A stretch of DNA of 51,905 bases from an uncultured Acidimicrobiia bacterium (GTDB taxonomy: Bacteria > Actinomycetota > Acidimicrobiia > Acidimicrobiales > JAHEJN01): assembly GCA_964196475.1 (NCBI GenBank), contig CAXMUI010000151.1, forward strand, positions 1 to 51,905, given 5' to 3'. The translations under genes and the position numbers were made by a program. Shown one piece after another: positions 47,674 through 51,905 of this stretch (position 1 is its first letter; the number at the start of each line of letters is the position of its first letter). The notes below the pieces were generated by a model. The model was given only the letters and a program-made list of their open reading frames with translations. It had not been told where the DNA came from and did no database searches.

Positions 47674-48675
47674 ATGAGCGATCTTCCTCCGGCTGGCTGG
47701 TTTCCTGATCCAGAGGGCGCAACAGGCGTACTGCGATACTGGGACGGGTCGGCCTGGACACAACACCGCCACTCCCCTGGCTACGCCGATACCGAAAGCG
47801 ACTTCGGCGACATCGGTGAGTGGATCCGGGGGTCCTTCGGTGCAGTAGGCAAGCGTTGGCGCGAGGTTGTGGCCTTGGGCATGGTGACGGTGGTGCCCGC
47901 CAGCATGATGATCTCTGCTTCCTCCGCGATAGCGCTCCAAGACACCGTGGTTGTCGCCAGTCCCACCAGTGACTGGCCCGAATTTGTGGGGTTCACGTTC
48001 GAGAACGCGGTGTATGCGGGTGCCCTGGCCCTGGTGGCGTTTGTGTTGTACTCGATCGGGTCACTGGGCTTTATCCACCTGATGCACACCGAAGCAAAAG
48101 GCGAGACGCCTTCGGTTGGGCAATCGTTTAGCGTCGCTCTGCGCAAATTTCCACGAATGCTCGGCTGGTCGATTGTCGTCGGAGTGTGTGTGTTCGGTGC
48201 ACTTGTTCTTATCTTGGGTCTCGCACTCATTGCCCCTGCCCTTGGCATCTTTGCCCTTATCCTTTTTATTCCTGTCGTTCTATGGGCAGTTGTCAAGCTT
48301 TATTGGTTGGCTGCGGCGGTCGTCATCTCAAGCGGCAACCCCATCACAGCAAGTGCGGCAGTGAGTACGGGCCGTTGGTGGCCTGCGTTGGGCAGGATCC
48401 TCCTACTCGGGATCATCGGTTTCGTCATCTCCTTTGTGGTGGGCGGTCTGTTTGGTGCCATCTTTGGCACCAGCGGCTTCAACCTTGGCAGCGAACCGGT
48501 TACCGACTCGGACGGGAGCTTCGCCTATTGGAACCTCGGTGAAAACACCGAGCTTTCCGCCGGAGCTTTGATCGGCACGGGGTTGTCTGCCGTTGTCGTT
48601 GCTTCCTTGTACGGCGCCGTGCAAGCCATGGCCATGGTCAAGCTGTATTTGCGTACGGTAATCGTGGGCAGCTAG
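47674..48675 (+). CDS. DUF2510-domain polytopic membrane protein
   Basis: PAGWFPDP....LRYWDG.AWT N-terminal motif, then about 6 TM helices. Confidence 0.85.
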   Translation: MSDLPPAGWFPDPEGATGVLRYWDGSAWTQHRHSPGYADTESDFGDIGEWIRGSFGAVGKRWREVVALGMVTVVPASMMISASSAIALQDTVVVASPTSDWPEFVGFTFENAVYAGALALVAFVLYSIGSLGFIHLMHTEAKGETPSVGQSFSVALRKFPRMLGWSIVVGVCVFGALVLILGLALIAPALGIFALILFIPVVLWAVVKLYWLAAAVVISSGNPITASAAVSTGRWWPALGRILLLGIIGFVISFVVGGLFGAIFGTSGFNLGSEPVTDSDGSFAYWNLGENTELSAGALIGTGLSAVVVASLYGAVQAMAMVKLYLRTVIVGS

Positions 48676-48705
48676 CGCTTATTGCGCACGAACCCCGGAC
48701 GCGAC

Positions 48706-48732
48706 TGAGCCCTCCCGGTTCGGGAGGGCTCA
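48706..48732. terminator. Hairpin between convergent genes (putative bidirectional terminator)
   Basis: TGAGCCCTCCCG-gtt-CGGGAGGGCTCA, perfect 12-bp stem, no U-tail. Confidence 0.65.
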
Positions 48733-48775
48733 AGCCGGCAACTCTGCCAATTAGGGGGCAGTTGGTCGCTTCGGT

Positions 48776-49480
48776 TTAACTTTGCAGGACCGATTCCTTG
48801 GCGGTTTCGACAACCAGGATTTCTTCTAGATCGCCATCTTTAGCTTTGGCGCTCCAGACCAACCCTCCACCGGCCAAGAGCAGCGTTGCTCCGAGGCCAC
48901 CGAACAGGCCAGATAGTGCCAAGCCCATTTGCAGTGTCGAGTGGGTTACTGTGCCGACACCTAACTCGGCTACCAGTCCGTGAACGGTTCCGCTCCATGC
49001 CTGGTCCCGTACTGGGCCCTCGATGGGGTGTTGACGGTCAAAGTCTGTCCAGTAGCGTCCCTCGACCGCAAAGTCGTAGCTTCCGGCGGCAAAAGTCTCG
49101 CCGTTATACTCGACGGCTTCGTCGAGGACAACCCCGATGGTGCCGTGCAGGGTGTGTTGCAGGATTGTGGCCATTTGGAACATGTACTCACTGGCAGTGT
49201 TGACCAGCGGGTCATTAGGATCCATGTCGCCACTTACTACCGGGTAAGCCCAGTCGTTGGTGAGCAACCCCATGATGGCGTCGGCTCCCTCGGTGGTTCC
49301 CCGATCGGTCAGTTGACCGTCCTCGTTGTAACTAAGCGTTACATTTTGCGCTTCACTGAAGGACTCCAGCGAGCCGTAGCCATCCTGGACTCGGGTGTAG
49401 GCGACACCGCCAGCAACCATGAAGATTAGTCCGACTATGGCTAAGGCATATCCGAGAAGTGCGAGTCGTTTGAGCATCAC
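48776..49480 (-). CDS. Hypothetical membrane protein (N- and C-terminal TM helices with an extracytoplasmic loop)
   Basis: AGGAGG SD; hydrophobic termini; 234 aa. Confidence 0.82.
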   Translation of the reverse strand: MMLKRLALLGYALAIVGLIFMVAGGVAYTRVQDGYGSLESFSEAQNVTLSYNEDGQLTDRGTTEGADAIMGLLTNDWAYPVVSGDMDPNDPLVNTASEYMFQMATILQHTLHGTIGVVLDEAVEYNGETFAAGSYDFAVEGRYWTDFDRQHPIEGPVRDQAWSGTVHGLVAELGVGTVTHSTLQMGLALSGLFGGLGATLLLAGGGLVWSAKAKDGDLEEILVVETAKESVLQS

Positions 49481-49501
49481 ATTCCCTCCTTGTGGTCAAG
49501 C

Positions 49502-49519
49502 TTGTGAAGGTTTTCACAA
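49502..49519. promoter_or_regulatory. Rex-type operator (also fits the CRP/FNR core TGTGA-N6-TCACA)
   Basis: TTGTGAA-ggtt-TTCACAA with perfect inverted arms, 21 nt upstream of the start codon at 49480. Confidence 0.78.
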
Positions 49520-49557
49520 GTTCATAACTTAAGTATCGGCAGTCCCGTTTCGGGTCA

Positions 49558-49577
49558 TTAGAGTCAGAAGTCCCGAC
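49558..49577. promoter_or_regulatory. DosR/DevR-like box
   Basis: TTAGAGTCAGAAGTCCCGAC, 14/20 match to TTSGGGACTWWAGTCCCSAA with a near-perfect right half. Confidence 0.4.
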
Positions 49578-49659
49578 CTTAGAATTGATCGATTTGACTC
49601 GCCGGAAACGACTCCTCGGCCACGAAAGACCGGTGGGACACAACCTTCGGCCGAGCGCG

Positions 49660-49693
49660 AAAAGGGCAGCGACACCACCGGTGCCACTGCCCT
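49660..49693 (-). terminator. Rho-independent terminator of the ABC operon
   Basis: Minus strand AGGGCAGTGGCACC-ggt-GGTGTCGCTGCCCT followed by a T run, about 25 nt after the SBP stop codon. Confidence 0.8.
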
Positions 49694-49717
49694 ATCTCAC
49701 ACTTTTACCTAGGTTTG

Positions 49718-50848
49718 CTAATTGCCGCCCTCGGTTAGCTCGACCGTGGTGGGGCTATAGCCGGCGCCGGTCACGTCGAGACCATCGGCCTTGAGGTTGG
49801 CGAGCGCTTCGGTAGCAATATCGGTGATGTAGGCACCTTCGGTGGGGGCCGCATTGAGGATGCCTTCTGAGGTGGCAACGTCAATGGTGTTGTCCCAAGC
49901 CGCGGGGTCCATCATGCCTAGGCCCAGAGGTGATGGCCACAGCAACTGGTTTACCTCATTTAGCATCCATGCCTGGTGTACTGGTCCGCCGTAGGGCGGA
50001 TTGGCGGCATTGACAATGTCGACGCACGAATCGAAATTGTCACGGCAGTAGACCCAGCCTCGGATGGAGGCTTCCACAAACTTGACGGCGGTGGCGCGGT
50101 AAGCCTCGTCGTCTTCGAGCTTGTCGGCATCGGCCCACAAAGCATCGTTCAACATGGCGGTACCGACATCATTCCAGTCGATTACCGTGAGGTCTTCTGG
50201 CTGAAAAAGCTCGCCAGTAGCAGGGTTGATGGTCTCCAGCGTTTGTGCGTACTCGTTGTAGATCATGGCCTGAGCCGCGTCGACGTCGCCATTGATGAGC
50301 GCAGTCATGGAGAAATCCTGACCAACCAGGGTTACGTCGCTATCGGGATCAAGCCCAACAGAGCGCAGACCGGCAAGCAGTTCGAACTCATTGCCGAAAC
50401 CCCAGTTGCCGACGTTTTTGCCGGCGAGGTCCGCGGGGCTGTTAATTCCAGAGTCAGCCAAAGATACCTGCAACGTCCCACTGCGCTGGAAGATCTGCGC
50501 AATGTTCGTAATGTTCAGGCCCTCTTCGCGGGGCACTAGCCCACGTGGTACCCAGGAGACAGCAAACTCGGCGCCGCCCGAATCGAGGACCGTAGCCGGA
50601 ACAATGTCGACAGCACCGTCGAGAATTGTGACGTTAAGTCCCAAGTCGGAGTAGAAGCCTTGATCGACCGCGGCAAAGTAGCCAGCGAATTGTGACTGAG
50701 GAACCCACTGCAATTGCAAACGGACATCGACGGGTTCTCCGCCTGCGTCGGAGCTGGAATCGCCCCCGTCGCTGCCGCAGGCTGCGGCGAGCAAGCCGAA
50801 GGCCAGCAGAATTGCTAGCACTCTCGTTACCAAATTAGTCTTCTTCAT
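49718..50848 (-). CDS. ABC transporter substrate-binding lipoprotein (NMT1/THI5-like)
   Basis: LAAAC lipobox; LQWVPQSQFAGYFAA..QGFY, WGFGNE and AQAMIYNE motifs. Confidence 0.92.
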   Translation of the reverse strand: MKKTNLVTRVLAILLAFGLLAAACGSDGGDSSSDAGGEPVDVRLQLQWVPQSQFAGYFAAVDQGFYSDLGLNVTILDGAVDIVPATVLDSGGAEFAVSWVPRGLVPREEGLNITNIAQIFQRSGTLQVSLADSGINSPADLAGKNVGNWGFGNEFELLAGLRSVGLDPDSDVTLVGQDFSMTALINGDVDAAQAMIYNEYAQTLETINPATGELFQPEDLTVIDWNDVGTAMLNDALWADADKLEDDEAYRATAVKFVEASIRGWVYCRDNFDSCVDIVNAANPPYGGPVHQAWMLNEVNQLLWPSPLGLGMMDPAAWDNTIDVATSEGILNAAPTEGAYITDIATEALANLKADGLDVTGAGYSPTTVELTEGGN

Positions 50849-50850
50849 GG

Positions 50851-51639
50851 TCACCCTCCAGGGTTGATTTCTTGTTCGCGAATTGATGCATGCCACGGAA
50901 TTGTGCGTCTCTCGATAACTAGCACAATCACATACAAGATAGTGCCAATAATGGTTCCGGCTAGAACCGCGGCCCACGCCTCGGCGTACCTAGCGAGACC
51001 GGCAGAGCTCGTAATGAGGTTGCCCAGGGCATCTTGGCGGCCACCAAAATACTCCGCCACGATGGCTGCGATGACCGCTAGCGACGAAGCAATCTTGAGT
51101 GAAGTGAACACGAAGGGCAGTGCATTCGGGATTCGAACCTCACGCATGATTGTCCACTTCGACGCGGCATAGGACTCCATGAGCTCGATTTGACTGTCCT
51201 CGACCTGCGTAAGCCCCTTGACCGTGTTAATGAACACCGGGAAGAACACGAGCAGAGCCACGATGAGCTGATTGCCGCGAGACGACACCAACCCAAACCA
51301 GTTATTGAAAATTGGTGCGAGAGCAATGATTGGCATCGCGCTTAGACCCACGGCTAAAGGCGTGATGATTTCGGCAGCTAGACGAAAACGTGTGACAAGC
51401 AGCGCTGCGATTAAGGCCGCCACTACCCCACCGAGCAGACCGATCACAATTATCCGGCCCGTAACCCGTGCTCCCTGAAAGATTTCCGACCAGTTTTCGA
51501 AGAATGCTTGACCAATCGAAGTGGGCGCGGGCAAGACAAAGCCATCGGGAGAAACAATGACGATGGCCCCCTCCCAGAATACAAAGCCGATCGCCCCCAC
51601 AATGATTGGGGCACTCCAGGCCAACCAGAGTTTACGCAT
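50851..51639 (-). CDS. ABC transporter permease (NitT/TauT family)
   Basis: LPAPT, P.IALAP, FFP.FINT.KGL, EAA-like loop R.PNALPF and AIVAEYFGG motifs. Confidence 0.92.
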   Translation of the reverse strand: MRKLWLAWSAPIIVGAIGFVFWEGAIVIVSPDGFVLPAPTSIGQAFFENWSEIFQGARVTGRIIVIGLLGGVVAALIAALLVTRFRLAAEIITPLAVGLSAMPIIALAPIFNNWFGLVSSRGNQLIVALLVFFPVFINTVKGLTQVEDSQIELMESYAASKWTIMREVRIPNALPFVFTSLKIASSLAVIAAIVAEYFGGRQDALGNLITSSAGLARYAEAWAAVLAGTIIGTILYVIVLVIERRTIPWHASIREQEINPGG

Positions 51640-51905
51640 TGGTTTCCACGGCTCGTAGTGCGGTTCGTACCTCGGTAACCGCGGCAAAGAAGGCCGAAGT
51701 TTCTCGAGTGGAGTCCGTGTGCTCGCCCAGGTCGACATCGACGACGGACGCTATACGGCCCGGACGCGGTGACATGACCACAACACGTTTCGACAAATAC
51801 ACGGCCTCGGCAATGGAGTGGGTCACAAATATAACCGTCGTGTCCGTTTCGCTCCAGATCCTGAGGAGTTCGTCCTGCATATGCTCTCGAGTCATTTCGT
51901 CGAGC
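51632..51905 (-). CDS. ABC transporter ATP-binding protein, C-terminal part (runs off the window)
   Basis: [20 protein letters not shown] and VMSPRPGRI motifs. Confidence 0.9.
   Translation of the reverse strand, partial: LDEMTREHMQDELLRIWSETDTTVIFVTHSIAEAVYLSKRVVVMSPRPGRIASVVDVDLGEHTDSTRETSAFFAAVTEVRTALRAVETNA

Noticed and set aside
1-51905. CRISPR arrays, rRNA, IS transposases and prophage structural genes
   Set aside because: No regularly spaced repeats or matching motifs seen; intergenic spaces are too short for such features.

Overview
About 52 kb of gene-dense chromosome from a GC-rich actinobacterium. Gene content suggests Acidimicrobiia, but that is an inference from mycothione reductase, the gcvH-FHA-MerR-DUF151-MerR block, DUF3152 and DUF2510. 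Most of the ~46 CDSs are housekeeping or metabolic: cmk, ispH, der, bioB, hemB, gcvH/T/P, aroC, mtr, arsR/arsI, nucleoside salvage and an ABC importer, plus tRNA-Pro(GGG). The main signals not visible in the ORF track are: (1) a thioredoxin-fold lipoprotein whose CxxC site reads TGA-x-x-Cys, followed by a SECIS-like hairpin and preceded by a SigR/SigH-type promoter, so probably a selenoprotein; (2) a decayed 2.8 kb tRNA-Pro islet with an att repeat, an integrase remnant and one intact DUF3604-like cargo gene; (3) a 28-bp dif-like XerCD site; (4) a perfect Rex-type operator plus a DosR-like box upstream of an uncharacterised membrane protein; (5) a McdR/ResR-like box at the promoter of the Rv1830 orthologue; (6) many genes with leaderless -10/start-codon spacing. 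No CRISPR array, rRNA or intact transposase was seen. All family calls come from motif recognition, not database searches.
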